From a candidate division WOR-3 bacterium (GTDB lineage Bacteria > Hydrothermota > Hydrothermia > LBFQ01), in assembly GCA_027050205.1 (NCBI GenBank), contig JALUCS010000015.1, positions 1 to 56,933 of the forward strand: 56,933 nt of DNA, written 5' to 3'. Below, piece after piece: positions 1 to 9,503 of the stretch (positions within the stretch are counted from its first letter, which is position 1; each line of letters starts with the position of its first letter). A program made the position numbers and the translations under genes. Under the pieces are notes generated by a model, which saw only the letters and a program-made list of their open reading frames with translations, searched no databases and was not told where the DNA came from.

Positions 1-835
1 GGTTGTAGCGGGAGAGTCCGGAGCCGTCAAAGACGTAGGCGGTGGTGTCCATCCCGAGGTTCCCCATGAACTCCCTGAAGTACCTTCCGGCCCTCGTTAT
101 GCCCCCGGAGTAGTGGGCGACCATCATATCCATGGCGAAGTTTATGCTGTAGGTCAGGGTGGGACGCAGGAGCCTTATGAGGGGAGGGCTGTAGAGGGTG
201 TCTACGTCCTCAAAGCCGGCGAGGGAGAACCTGTCGCTCTCCTGTACCTCTATCTTGACCCTCTTCCCCTCCCTTATCGCCGCTCTCCGGATAACGTACT
301 TGACGAAGGCGAGGGGGTCGGAGTACCTGTAGCGTCTCCTTGGAATCAGGGCGACCGTGTCCCCGAAGACTACGGAGTCTAAGGGTAGGCTTCTGTCCAA
401 CGATATTCCGAGGGAGGTGTCGGGCTTTACGATACCCCGGTTTATGGAGACGGGGGTTATGGGGGAGACCCTGTGGAACTTTATGTCGTCCCACGCCCAG
501 CCGTAGCCGTACCTGTCTCCCCAACGCGGGAAGGAGACGAGGACGTAGGCCGTCTTCCCCCTCATCCTTCGCACCTTCTCCGAGACTACGGAGTCCAACT
601 TGCGGAAGGATAGGGTGTAATCCCCAGTGAAGCGGAGGACGAGGGCGTTCCCCTTCGTGGCGACGTACGTCGGTATCCTGTAATTTGGGCCGAGGGTGTT
701 TAGGAGTACGACCGCCCACATGGACTTGAGGGTGGAGGCTGGGACGACGTACTCGTTCTCACCGCGGAGCCTTACCGGCTCACAGGTCCCCTCCCGGAGC
801 CACACCTCCGAGAAGTAGGAGAGAAGTACCAGCAC
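1..835 (-). CDS. dacB: D-alanyl-D-alanine carboxypeptidase/endopeptidase PBP4 (peptidase S13), 3' end runs off the window
   Basis: Not in the ORF track. Manual translation from GTG at 835 gives ...PASTLK (SxxK)...GWAWDD...FDGSGLSRYN, the S13 family motifs. TAAAAT lies 8 nt upstream. Confidence 0.88.
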   Translation of the reverse strand, partial: MLVLLSYFSEVWLREGTCEPVRLRGENEYVVPASTLKSMWAVVLLNTLGPNYRIPTYVATKGNALVLRFTGDYTLSFRKLDSVVSEKVRRMRGKTAYVLVSFPRWGDRYGYGWAWDDIKFHRVSPITPVSINRGIVKPDTSLGISLDRSLPLDSVVFGDTVALIPRRRYRYSDPLAFVKYVIRRAAIREGKRVKIEVQESDRFSLAGFEDVDTLYSPPLIRLLRPTLTYSINFAMDMMVAHYSGGITRAGRYFREFMGNLGMDTTAYVFDGSGLSRYN

Positions 836-855
836 AGGGTAGTATTTTAAGGCCT

Positions 856-2016
856 TCAGTAGACCAGGGCGAGGAACCCCCGCAGGTACTCCGCATCGGG
901 GAAGTAGACCGGCACCGGATGGTCGGGGGACTGGTGCAGCCTGTAGAGGAGCTTGACCTCCCGCATGAGCCTCTTGGCCGCCCGGCTCATCTCCCCCTCA
1001 AGGAGGGAGAAGTCAATGTGGCGGGAGCAGGAGAATACCGCCAGGAGTCCCCCTTCGTCTAATAGCCTCAAGGCCCTGTCAAAGAGGGTGAAGTACCCTC
1101 TCTTGGCGCCAGAAACGTTCCTCCCCTTGGCAAAGGCCGGGGGATCAAGCACTATACCGTCAAACCTCTCGTGGGCCAGGAGAAAGCTGTCCAGCATATC
1201 AAACACGTTGGCCGCAAAGGTCTCAACCGACTTCCTGTGGAAACCGTTGGCCTGAACGTTCTCCTTCAGTATATCAAGAGCCTCCCCGTCCTCGTCCACG
1301 GCTATGACCCTCTCAACCCCGTACTTCAGAAGGTGCAGGGTGAAGCCCCCCGTGTAGGAGAAGGCGTCCAGCACCCTCTTCCTCCCCCTCATCGTCCTAC
1401 CCACCACCTCCCAGTTCAGCCTCTGGTCAAGGTACAGTCCCGTCTTTTGTCCCCCGATGGGAACCTTAAACTTCAGGCCGTTTATCTCCACCCACACCTC
1501 CGAGACCTCCTCGTCGTAGAAGTGCCACCCCTCGTAAGGCTCAAGGCCCTCCTGCCTACGGGCGTAGGAGTCGCTCTTCTCGTACAACCACCTGTAGCCC
1601 GCCATCCTGAAGCCCTCAACTATCTCCCTCCGCAACCTGTCCGCCCCGTAGGAGGATATCTGAATGACGGCCCCATCCCCATAGACGTCGGCTATTATTC
1701 CGGGCATGTTGTCGGCCTCGGCGAAGAAGAGCCTGTAGGCGCTCCGGAAACCGAGGAGGTCCTCCCTCTCGTACTTCGCCCTCTTGATGCGGGAATACAC
1801 CAAACCCGCCGTGAAGTCCTCCTCCTCCCTGCTGTAGAAACGGAGGGCGAGCTTACCCTCCGGGTTGTAGAAGGCGCTCCCAAAGAACTTCCCTTTGATG
1901 TAAACGGCCGCCTCAAACCCCTCCCCTATCACCCCCTTTATCCGGTCCCTGAATATCCACGGATGAAGGCCGTAGTCGGAGGGTTTCCCCTTAAGATTGA
2001 CCCGTATCCTCGGCAC
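856..2016 (-). CDS. rlmI: 23S rRNA m5C1962-type SAM-dependent methyltransferase (RlmI family)
   Basis: N-terminal PUA-like HPWIF, then GQKTGLYLDQR, LDAFSYTGGF, LDPPAF and FSCS motifs. Confidence 0.85.
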   Translation of the reverse strand: MPRIRVNLKGKPSDYGLHPWIFRDRIKGVIGEGFEAAVYIKGKFFGSAFYNPEGKLALRFYSREEEDFTAGLVYSRIKRAKYEREDLLGFRSAYRLFFAEADNMPGIIADVYGDGAVIQISSYGADRLRREIVEGFRMAGYRWLYEKSDSYARRQEGLEPYEGWHFYDEEVSEVWVEINGLKFKVPIGGQKTGLYLDQRLNWEVVGRTMRGRKRVLDAFSYTGGFTLHLLKYGVERVIAVDEDGEALDILKENVQANGFHRKSVETFAANVFDMLDSFLLAHERFDGIVLDPPAFAKGRNVSGAKRGYFTLFDRALRLLDEGGLLAVFSCSRHIDFSLLEGEMSRAAKRLMREVKLLYRLHQSPDHPVPVYFPDAEYLRGFLALVY

Positions 2017-2095
2017 GGCGGTATTCTACCCTTGCCGTATGTACCGGTGTTGAAGCCGTGACCACGGAAAGGAGCGGCGGGTTTATAATAACCAT

Positions 2096-2740
2096 ATGCG
2101 TTTGTTCAGGACCGCATTAATCGTCATTTTATCCTCAATTTTCCTGCCCCTATGCGTAAGCACCCCCATAAATTACGACACCGCCCGGATACCCGATGGA
2201 CAGGCGTCCCTGAAGGTGGGTGCTGGGGCGCAGGGCTTTAAAGGGAGTTATACGGTTTGTGGAAGCCCGTACCATTACAGCGGAGGAGAGGTCAGGGGGG
2301 ACGTTCAGGTGGGGTACGGCATCCGGGGGATGGCTGAAGTGGGGATTCAAGGGGGAGTAGCCGTCGGCGAATATGTGGATAAAAGAGAGAACGGTACGGT
2401 GGCCGACAGCGGGGTCTTCCTTCAGGCGGACGCCTATCCCTACCTCAAGGTGGGGATACCCGGTAAGAGGTTCCGGGCGACGTTGAAGGTGGCTGCTGGC
2501 GGGGGTCTGACCTCCCTGGGAGAGGGAGGGGGGTACCCCATGGCCTACGCCGACCTCCTCCTGGGCATAGAGAGTCCAGAGGTCCTGACTCTTGGCTTCA
2601 GGGTCTCCCCTATTGACGGTCTCCTCGCCATTGGGAGCCTCCACTTCGGTCTCTACGTCCTCTCCGTTATGGCTGGCGGAAATCCGGATTTGGAGGGATA
2701 CACCCTCTACGTGGGCTTCGGTCTGGCACTGTGGCATTAA
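2096..2740 (+). CDS. Hypothetical exported/outer-membrane beta-barrel-like protein, possible lipoprotein
   Basis: Signal-like N-terminus with Cys20, Gly/aromatic-rich alternating beta-strands, C-terminal YVGFGLALWH. TATAAT lies 6 nt upstream. Confidence 0.6.
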   Translation: MRLFRTALIVILSSIFLPLCVSTPINYDTARIPDGQASLKVGAGAQGFKGSYTVCGSPYHYSGGEVRGDVQVGYGIRGMAEVGIQGGVAVGEYVDKRENGTVADSGVFLQADAYPYLKVGIPGKRFRATLKVAAGGGLTSLGEGGGYPMAYADLLLGIESPEVLTLGFRVSPIDGLLAIGSLHFGLYVLSVMAGGNPDLEGYTLYVGFGLALWH

Positions 2741-2764
2741 CCGGGGTATTCCCGTACGGAAGGT

Positions 2765-2867
2765 GGGTATTACGTTGATAAGATGAGGGTTGCTTTCATC
2801 CTTATCAAACGGAAAATTTTAAAGATGATCCTTCAGCTTACGAAAGCAACTCTTTACATTCCCTAAA
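2765..2867 (+). repeat. Copy A of a dispersed degenerate intergenic repeat
   Basis: 2817-2867 matches 19747-19797 at 42/51 nt without gaps. Starts with GGGTATTACGTTGATAAG, a motif shared with 16262, 19688 and 6410 (minus). Confidence 0.7.
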
Positions 2868-2900
2868 ACTTCACATTGTTAAACGGTGAACGGAATCCCT

Positions 2901-3464
2901 TCAGTCCTTCCCGTACTCCCTCCGGGCTACTAAGATGGCGTGCCTCTCTATCAACTTAAGGGACATACCCGTGGATTCGCTGACGGCGTCAAGGTAGGAG
3001 TACATATAGCCAGCTGCTATCAGGGTTGCTATGGCGTCCGTAACGTGCTTAAAGGCCCCGTATATCCTAACGGCCTCGTCGGACGGGAAGGCCTCCAGGA
3101 CCTTGTGGAAGAAGACCCTCTGTACCAGAGACATAGCCGACAGCATGAACTCGTTGGGTATCCCCCGCACGACGTGGGAGAGTCCCACCTTCCTGAACTG
3201 CCAATCCCAGAAGGCATCGTCGTACTCACCGCTCACAACCTTCCGGTACCACACCTTCAGGGCCTCCTCCCTCTCCGGTCTCTCTCCCTCGCGGAAGACG
3301 GAGGCCGTCGGCCCGTAGGAGAAGAGGGTGTCGTAGAAGGCTTTGGCGAAGAACTCGTCCCACTCCTTGAGTCTATCGGCGTACCTCTTCAGGACCTCGG
3401 CGTACGGCTCTATGGGACCGGAGATGGCCTCAAAGTCCCTCAAGACCTGCCGGTGGTCCTTCAT
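2901..3464 (-). CDS. Protoglobin / stand-alone globin-sensor domain protein
   Basis: Globin-coupled-sensor pattern: FYD (B10 Tyr), W..V.SG.YD..FW, VGLSHV (proximal His F8). No output domain. Confidence 0.85.
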   Translation of the reverse strand: MKDHRQVLRDFEAISGPIEPYAEVLKRYADRLKEWDEFFAKAFYDTLFSYGPTASVFREGERPEREEALKVWYRKVVSGEYDDAFWDWQFRKVGLSHVVRGIPNEFMLSAMSLVQRVFFHKVLEAFPSDEAVRIYGAFKHVTDAIATLIAAGYMYSYLDAVSESTGMSLKLIERHAILVARREYGKD

Positions 3465-3850
3465 ATCCCCCCACCTCCAACGTTTATCATATCCTTCAAT
3501 TCCCTCATCAACTCCGGTAGCATCTGGCGGATCTTCAGGAGGATGAGGCCAGCAGTTATGTCCTTGACGGTTAGGACGCCGAGGGCGGCTATATCCTCCA
3601 CGTGATACACGAACATCCTCCCATCCTGCGCCGTTATCAGGATCTCCTCCGGTTCTCCCATACTCACCATCTTCGTGGAGCGGGCGGCCAAACTGGCTAA
3701 ACTTGCTATGACCGCCGCCTGACGCTCAACGTCGGTTAAGTGCGCCGGAGCATACGCTATCGGGAAACCGTCCAAGGTCACCAGAACCGCCCCCTTTATC
3801 TCCGGGGAACGGCTAACCAGATCGTGAAGAAGGCTCTCTAACCTATCCAT
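3461..3850 (-). CDS. Roadblock/LC7 domain protein (MglB-like)
   Basis: IKGAVLVTLDGFPIA...AAVIAS...EEILITAQDG...LGVLT...GLILL is the Roadblock signature. Adjacent to the GTPase. Confidence 0.9.
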   Translation of the reverse strand: MDRLESLLHDLVSRSPEIKGAVLVTLDGFPIAYAPAHLTDVERQAAVIASLASLAARSTKMVSMGEPEEILITAQDGRMFVYHVEDIAALGVLTVKDITAGLILLKIRQMLPELMRELKDMINVGGGGI

Positions 3851-4368
3851 ACCTTACCTCCTTTTTGTTTCATAAGTTCAAGGAAGCGTATCAGGAACTC
3901 CCTGACGCTCCCCTCATCCGTCGCTACCAACCCTATCACCGCCCACTCCGGTAGGCCGAAGTAGGCTGCTATGAAATCCGGCGGCCATGCCCCGTCAAGG
4001 TCCTGCTTCGTTGCCCCTACGATGAAGGGGACGTCGTACCGGCTCATGTAGAATTGGAGCATACGCTTGGCCTTCGGAAGGCTGGAGGGGTCGCTGCTGT
4101 CCACCAAGAAGACGTACCCCGTCGCTCCCCTCATCAGGTCCTCCCACATAAAGGAGAACCTCTCCTGTCCGGGGGTACCGAAAAGTCGGATTCGCACGTC
4201 TCCGAGATTTACCGCCCCAAAGTCCAAGGCTACGGTCGTGGTGGGTTTGCCTATATCCACCGTACTCCTCTCCTCGGTTTCCACTACGGGTATCTGGGAG
4301 ATCGCCTTTATGAAGGTGGTCTTCCCCACCCCCACGGGTCCCGTCACCACTATCTTTATCTCGGCCAT
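3838..4368 (-). CDS. Small Ras-like GTPase (MglA / conservon CvnD type)
   Basis: G1 GPVGVGKTT, TTVALDFG, G3 GTPGQERF, G4 TKQD. Confidence 0.92.
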   Translation of the reverse strand: MAEIKIVVTGPVGVGKTTFIKAISQIPVVETEERSTVDIGKPTTTVALDFGAVNLGDVRIRLFGTPGQERFSFMWEDLMRGATGYVFLVDSSDPSSLPKAKRMLQFYMSRYDVPFIVGATKQDLDGAWPPDFIAAYFGLPEWAVIGLVATDEGSVREFLIRFLELMKQKGGKVWIG

Positions 4369-4976
4369 TTCCAGAACCTCTTGAGGAACCTGATGGCCCT
4401 GTCTATGAGGCCGGGACTCGCCTTGCTCCGGGCTATCACCTTGGGTCTAACGTAGCCAAGGCTCTCAAGGACGGCGAGGTACCTCTGCACCGTCTCTAAG
4501 GTCAGGCCCGTTTCCACACTTATGTTGCGGCTACTCGCCCCCCTGACGAGGTGGGGACGGGCAACCGTTACGAAGTCCCTAAGAGGAGGGGGAAGCTCTC
4601 CGTTTTCTCCAGCGATCTCGTAAACGGTGTCGGGATGCACGGGGTTGGCTATACGTAGGCCGTTCAGTTCGTCCTTGAAGGTAACTACGGACAGTACGAA
4701 GGTCTCAACGGGTACGGAGAAATCGCTCACCTCCGGCTCCCCGGGTACGTACCGGAACTCCCCCCTAGTACTCTTCAGGAATCGGAAGACGATACCCCTC
4801 ACCACGAAGAGGTTGCTGACCCTCTCGCCATTGAAATCCACGCCGACGACGTTACCGTTCCGGACGTATATGTGGAGGGTCCCCTCCTCCGAATCCACGA
4901 TGAGGACGCCGCTCTTCTTCCCTACAAACTGCAAGACCTCAAGGAGGCCGAAGTTCTCAAGCGATCCTTGAACCAT
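4356..4976 (-). CDS. DUF4388 (PATAN-like) domain protein with C-terminal winged-HTH-like segment
   Basis: GSLENFGLLEVLQFV..KSGVL...IYVRNGNVV is the DUF4388 pattern. SRNISVETGLTLETVQRYLAVLESLGYV is HTH-like. Confidence 0.8.
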   Translation of the reverse strand: MVQGSLENFGLLEVLQFVGKKSGVLIVDSEEGTLHIYVRNGNVVGVDFNGERVSNLFVVRGIVFRFLKSTRGEFRYVPGEPEVSDFSVPVETFVLSVVTFKDELNGLRIANPVHPDTVYEIAGENGELPPPLRDFVTVARPHLVRGASSRNISVETGLTLETVQRYLAVLESLGYVRPKVIARSKASPGLIDRAIRFLKRFWKWPR

Positions 4977-5091
4977 AACCCCGCTCTATATTGTATAGCC
5001 GTTTGGGTATCTCCTGCCACACGTTTTGGAGGGTACGCCCAGAGGGGAGGACGTTCTCGTATCTTAGGAGTTAAAAGGAGAGGTGCGTCCG

Positions 5092-5114
5092 TATAATACT
5101 CGGCTTAAAGGAGG
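5092..5114 (+). promoter_or_regulatory. -10 box (TATAAT) and Shine-Dalgarno (AGGAGG) of korB
   Basis: TATAAT at 5092-5097 and AGGAGG at 5109-5114, before ATG 5122. Confidence 0.65.
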
Positions 5115-5121
5115 TCCAAGG

Positions 5122-6009
5122 ATGGTAGAAGTTAAGGTTACCCTGAAGGACTACGACTCTCACAAGCCCACGTGGTGTCCGGGATGTGGGGACTACGCTG
5201 TCCTCCTCGCCCTAAAGCGGGCGCTTGTCAACCTCAACATCCCACCCCACCAGGTGGTGGTGGTGTCCGGTATAGGGTGCAGTGGTAAGATAAGCGACTA
5301 CGTGAAATCCTACGGATACCACGGCATACACGGCAGGGTCCTTCCCACGGCCACGGCCGTTAAGATAGCCAACCCCACCCTTACGGTCATAGGGGCCGGC
5401 GGAGACGGGGACGGGTACGCCATAGGAGGAAACCACTTCCTCCACGTGATGCGCCGCAACCCCAACATCACTTACATCGTTATGAACAACATGATATACG
5501 GCCTCACGAAGGGTCAAACTTCCCCCACGTCCCTGCGCGGTTTCAAGAGCGGCACCTCTCCCTACGGCTCCGTTGAGGGGAACGTTGAACCCCTTTACGT
5601 CGCCCTCTCTATGGGGGCGCCCTTCGTAGCCCGTGGGTTTTCCGGTGATCCTAAGCGTCTCGCCGAGATCCTGACCGAGGCCATAAAGTTCAAGGGGTTC
5701 TCCTTCGTGGATATATACTCCCCCTGCGTGACCTTCAACCGCTTCAACACCTACGATTGGTTCAAGGAGAGGGTACAGTACATAGACGAGAACGGTCCCC
5801 TGCCGAGCCGCATAGAGGCTATGAAGGTCGTCTCCGATACCTGGGACAGGGGCAAGCTCCCGCTGGGCATAATCTACAAGGAGGAGGGGCTACCCACGTA
5901 CGAGGAGCTTCTCCTTAGGGGGAAGGACACCGTTCCGGTTTATGACGACATAACGTCCGACGTCTGGAAGGAGAAGATCAAGAAGATCATAGAGGAGAAC
6001 TTCGTATAA
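5122..6009 (+). CDS. korB: 2-oxoacid:ferredoxin oxidoreductase beta subunit
   Basis: WCPGCGD, SGIGCS, HGR, GGDGD TPP motif, YGLTKGQTSPT, SPCVTFN. Start moved to the SD-preceded ATG. Confidence 0.93.
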   Translation: MVEVKVTLKDYDSHKPTWCPGCGDYAVLLALKRALVNLNIPPHQVVVVSGIGCSGKISDYVKSYGYHGIHGRVLPTATAVKIANPTLTVIGAGGDGDGYAIGGNHFLHVMRRNPNITYIVMNNMIYGLTKGQTSPTSLRGFKSGTSPYGSVEGNVEPLYVALSMGAPFVARGFSGDPKRLAEILTEAIKFKGFSFVDIYSPCVTFNRFNTYDWFKERVQYIDENGPLPSRIEAMKVVSDTWDRGKLPLGIIYKEEGLPTYEELLLRGKDTVPVYDDITSDVWKEKIKKIIEENFV

Positions 6010-6015
6010 ACCAAC

Positions 6016-6043
6016 GGGGAGGGGTCGCGGGCCATCCCTCCCC
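6016..6043 (+). terminator. Hairpin after korB
   Basis: GGGGAGGG...CCCTCCCC inverted repeat just after the stop. No clear U-tract. Confidence 0.4.
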
Positions 6044-6311
6044 CTTCCCAAGGGTGGATTGATATATATTCCTGCGGATTGATGATTTCTGTAGAGCCGG
6101 TTTTAAGCGGGGGTATCTGACGGGTAGGACGATTGCTCCCCTTTTCTCGTATTCGGAACCGGTATTCGGCTTATGGAGTGACTCCCCTTTCAAAGGGTCG
6201 TTGGAGCGAAGTTCCTTGTGCTGCAAATGGCTGGACTTGAACCCGTATAGGTGCCTTCCGTCAATTGTACCTCGCCTCTTCTGAAATCCGGTTCCGGAAA
6301 GGAGTTGAACA

Positions 6312-6410
6312 CGATGCCGTTCAAAATCTTGCGACAAGGTTGTAACGATCCGAAATGCGACTACCAATTTTTATAGGGACAGATGGATCCTTCTTATCGG
6401 TGTAATACCT
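6312..6410 (-). repeat. Inverted partial copy of the dispersed intergenic repeat
   Basis: Reverse complement reads AGGTATTACACCGATAAG...GATTTTGAACGGCATC, resembling 2765 and 16404-16420 (GAATTTTGAACGGCGTC). Confidence 0.45.
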
Positions 6411-6865
6411 CGGAACCTTGGACCTGGATTGATTTTTAGGGAAATGGGGCGTAAGAGACGTCTTTCAAAACCGCAACTGCGTAAGTATCACCTTTCTGAA
6501 GATCGACCTCCAGTTTTTGCAAGTGGCATCAGCCGGTAAGCAAAGTATCATCCTGTCGGTGAATTGTACATGCAGTACCCGAACCCTTCAATTACGCCCT
6601 TTCATAACGGTTGTGGTATAAGGTTAAAGCGAAATCGGCAGCTTAACGGTGTGACCATAGGTCCGGGTTCATATTCTTTCTTTTATGAAAGTTGCAAACA
6701 ATGGGATAACTATACCAAAAATTGAAGGTTATCTGAACCGACAGGTTTTGAAGTGCCTACGAAAGGATCCGCCGATTAAGGTTTCAAGGATAGTCAAAAG
6801 GTGGTGTATCATCCTAACCCCTCCAAATGGAACGTTATATTGTGAAAAAACACCGTAAGACGGTA

Positions 6866-7231
6866 TCACCGCGGTACCGGAACGGCCCTTGTGATGTCTA
6901 TCTCCCGGTGATCCCCCTCCTCCTTTATCTGGATGAGTAGCTCCGTACCCCGGTTTATGGTGTATATCTGGCCGGCGGCGGCGCTGTCCGTCCCGTTGGC
7001 CCTCCGCAGGTAGAAGGAGACGACCGAATCGTAGGGGGACTTCGTCGTCAGGACGTAGGTTATAACCCGCCTCCCTCTGGACTCGCTCACTACCTTGCCC
7101 TTTACTCTGGCACCGGGGTACATCGGCACCCCGACCTCCTGCGCGTCGTACCTCGCCCCCTTCTCCACCTCAACCTTGGACGTGGAGCAGGACAGAAAGG
7201 CTACGAGCAGCAGGATGACGTGCCATCTCAA
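6866..7231 (-). CDS. Hypothetical lipoprotein
   Basis: Lipobox FLSC and a VPMYPGA motif. Abuts plsY. Confidence 0.7.
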   Translation of the reverse strand: MRWHVILLLVAFLSCSTSKVEVEKGARYDAQEVGVPMYPGARVKGKVVSESRGRRVITYVLTTKSPYDSVVSFYLRRANGTDSAAAGQIYTINRGTELLIQIKEEGDHREIDITRAVPVPR

Positions 7232-7232
7232 A

Positions 7233-7874
7233 TTATCCCTCCTTCTTACCCCATATCTTCGGCTCCTTACCGGAGAGGAGCCGCTTGATGTTTCCGTAGT
7301 GCCTTATCCAGATGAAGAGGACGACGAGGCCGGACACGACCACGAAGGGGAGGGAGTGCCTGTTGGGGTCAAAGAGGAGTACCCATAGGAAGACGGCGAG
7401 GGAACCGAGGAGGGAACCGAGGGATACCCAACCGGTCAGTAGGACGACGGTAAGCCACACCACCAGACCCACCAGTATGCCTACGGGGGTCAGGGCGGCA
7501 AAGGCTCCCACGGAGGTGGCCACCCCCTTGCCTCCCTTGAAGCCGAGGAAGGGGGAGAACATGTGGCCCAGGACGGGTGCTATGGCCGTGACCATGGCCA
7601 GCTCTATGTTGTAGGGGACGAGGAGGCGAACGATGAAGACGGGGATGAAGCCCTTAAGGGCGTCCAATACGAAGACGAGGGTCCCCCACTTCAGGCCCAG
7701 GGTCCGGGCGACGTTCGTCGCCCCCACGTTCCCGCTTCCCACCTTCCGTATGTCTATGCCCGCCACCGCCTTGGCCACTATGTAGGCCCACGGTATCCCG
7801 CCAAGGAGGAAGCCGAGGACGAAGATCAGGGCATACACGTAAGGCTGGAAGTTGGTAGGTATGCTATCCCACAT
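7233..7874 (-). CDS. plsY: Glycerol-3-phosphate acyltransferase PlsY
   Basis: DIRKVGSGNVGATN, GHMFSPFLGFKGGKGVAT, RHYGNIKRL motifs. Confidence 0.95.
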   Translation of the reverse strand: MWDSIPTNFQPYVYALIFVLGFLLGGIPWAYIVAKAVAGIDIRKVGSGNVGATNVARTLGLKWGTLVFVLDALKGFIPVFIVRLLVPYNIELAMVTAIAPVLGHMFSPFLGFKGGKGVATSVGAFAALTPVGILVGLVVWLTVVLLTGWVSLGSLLGSLAVFLWVLLFDPNRHSLPFVVVSGLVVLFIWIRHYGNIKRLLSGKEPKIWGKKEG

Positions 7875-8808
7875 CTACCACCTCCCTGTACCACTCAAGG
7901 GTCCTACGCAGGCCCTCCTCAAACGGCACCTTCGGCTCCCACTTCAGGAGCCTCTTCGCCTTGGTTATGTCGGGTTTCCTGCGTTTGGGGTCGTCCTGTG
8001 GTAGGGGCAGGAAGGTGAAGTTCTCCGGGACGCCGTAGATCTTGACGACGAGCTTCGCCACCTCCAGGACAGTCCTCTCGTCGGGGTTCCCGAGATTCAC
8101 CACCTCACCGTCCAGACCCTCGTAGGTCAGGAGCCTGAAGAGACCCTCCACCATGTCCGAGACGTAGCAGAAGCTCCGGGTCTGGCTCCCGTCCCCGTAT
8201 ATGGTCAATGGCCTCCCCGTCAGGGCCTGATAGGCGAAGTTGGGGATTATCCTGCCGTCTGCTACGTCCATAAAGGGGCCGTAGGTGTTGAAGATCCTCG
8301 CTATCCTGACCGGCACCTTCTCGTACCTGTAGTATGCCATCGTTATGGCCTCGGCGAACCTCTTCCCCTCGTCGTAGACGCTCCTCGGCCCTATGGGATT
8401 CACGTTGCCCCAGTAGTCCTCCGGCTGGGGATGGACGAGGGGGTCGCCGTAGACCTCGGACGTTGAGGCGAGGAGGAAGGTCGCCCCGGTCTCCTTCGCC
8501 AGATCCAGGAGGTTCTTGACGCCGATGGAGTTGACTAGCATCGTGTCTATGGGTAGGGAGAGGTACTTCTTGGGGCTGGCCGGGGAGGCGAGGTTGATTA
8601 TGTAATCGTAATCTCCCTTCGGCACCTCCTCCGTTATGTCCATCTCGTAAAATGTGAATTTTGGATGGTGAAGGTACCTCTCCACGTTCTCCCTCTTCCC
8701 GGTTGAAAAGTTGTCCGCACCCACCACCTCCCAACCGAGGTCAAGGAGATAACCCGTCAGGTGCGTCCCTATGAAACCCGCATTACCCACTACCAACGCT
8801 TTGGGCAT
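7864..8808 (-). CDS. UDP-glucuronate decarboxylase family SDR epimerase/dehydratase
   Basis: GNAGFIG, ASPASP, STSEVYGDP, YDEGKR, RIFNTYGP. Start set at MPKALVV (TAGAAT 8 nt upstream). Confidence 0.9.
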   Translation of the reverse strand: MPKALVVGNAGFIGTHLTGYLLDLGWEVVGADNFSTGKRENVERYLHHPKFTFYEMDITEEVPKGDYDYIINLASPASPKKYLSLPIDTMLVNSIGVKNLLDLAKETGATFLLASTSEVYGDPLVHPQPEDYWGNVNPIGPRSVYDEGKRFAEAITMAYYRYEKVPVRIARIFNTYGPFMDVADGRIIPNFAYQALTGRPLTIYGDGSQTRSFCYVSDMVEGLFRLLTYEGLDGEVVNLGNPDERTVLEVAKLVVKIYGVPENFTFLPLPQDDPKRRKPDITKAKRLLKWEPKVPFEEGLRRTLEWYREVVDVG

Positions 8809-8819
8809 AAGGGCGGATT

Positions 8820-9503
8820 CTACGGTGGTAATCCGTCCGTACGAAAAATTAGGGCCTTCGCGTGCCGCTTCAGGACGTCCAGGGGTACCTTCCGCTCCTC
8901 GGAGTACCTTAGGAGCATCTCCTCCCTGTGGAGGAGCCACCAAGCGAGGGAGTTCCCCACCCTCGTCTCAACTTCCTCTGCCAACTCCTCCCTCACCACC
9001 CATACGGCCAGACTCAAGGGCTTCCCCTTAACCTCACTGTATGCAGCCGCTAGGTTGTAGGTATGGGTAAAAGGCCCGTAGTCCCCCCTCAAGACGGTGT
9101 CGCCGTACAGGATGTGCGCATCCACATCGGGAGAGATGGTGGAGAAGACCTCTATCCGAACCTCGCTCAAGTTGAGGCCAAACTTGGCGGTGAGGACGCC
9201 CTCAAGGGAGTGGAGTACGTTCTCGTACCCCTTTACGATACCGAGGGTGCGGATCTCCACGATGGGCCTGGAGGAGACCAGGACCAGATCCAGAGCCTCA
9301 CCACCGAGGGAGACCCCGTAGGGGAGGGGGACGTACCCCTCCGGCAAGGCCCGCAGGAGGGTACAGGGGTAGGGGGTGGCGTCTATACGCCCCGACATCA
9401 TAACCGTCCTCACGGCGGAGAGGGGAAGGGGAACCCTCCTACCCCGAAGCCTTACGTAAAAGGGGGAGAAGTCGAACTCCCTTATCTCCCCGAAGGTCAT
9501 CAA
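8820..9503 (-). CDS. MqnA/MqnD-family (chorismate dehydratase-like) protein, divergent
   Basis: Layout G.I.....PFY...G.ID...GVS.GG....VLVSSRPI...DAHILYGD...LAVWVVR resembles MqnA. Confidence 0.55.
   Translation of the reverse strand: MMTFGEIREFDFSPFYVRLRGRRVPLPLSAVRTVMMSGRIDATPYPCTLLRALPEGYVPLPYGVSLGGEALDLVLVSSRPIVEIRTLGIVKGYENVLHSLEGVLTAKFGLNLSEVRIEVFSTISPDVDAHILYGDTVLRGDYGPFTHTYNLAAAYSEVKGKPLSLAVWVVREELAEEVETRVGNSLAWWLLHREEMLLRYSEERKVPLDVLKRHAKALIFRTDGLPP

Noticed and set aside
113..719. ORF-track ORFs 113..382, 210..719 and 340..630
   Set aside because: They are shadow frames of the dacB gene at 1..835 (minus), which the track missed because it lacks a stop in the window.
5987..6367. 126-aa minus-strand ORF in the spacer
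   Set aside because: Atypical composition, no motif or start signal, and it overlaps the repeat relic.
6010..6865. Possible CRISPR array or tRNA in the long spacers (also 16175-16630, 19520-20380, 39462-39900)
   Set aside because: No regularly spaced identical repeats and no cloverleaf/TTCGA T-loop pattern were seen.
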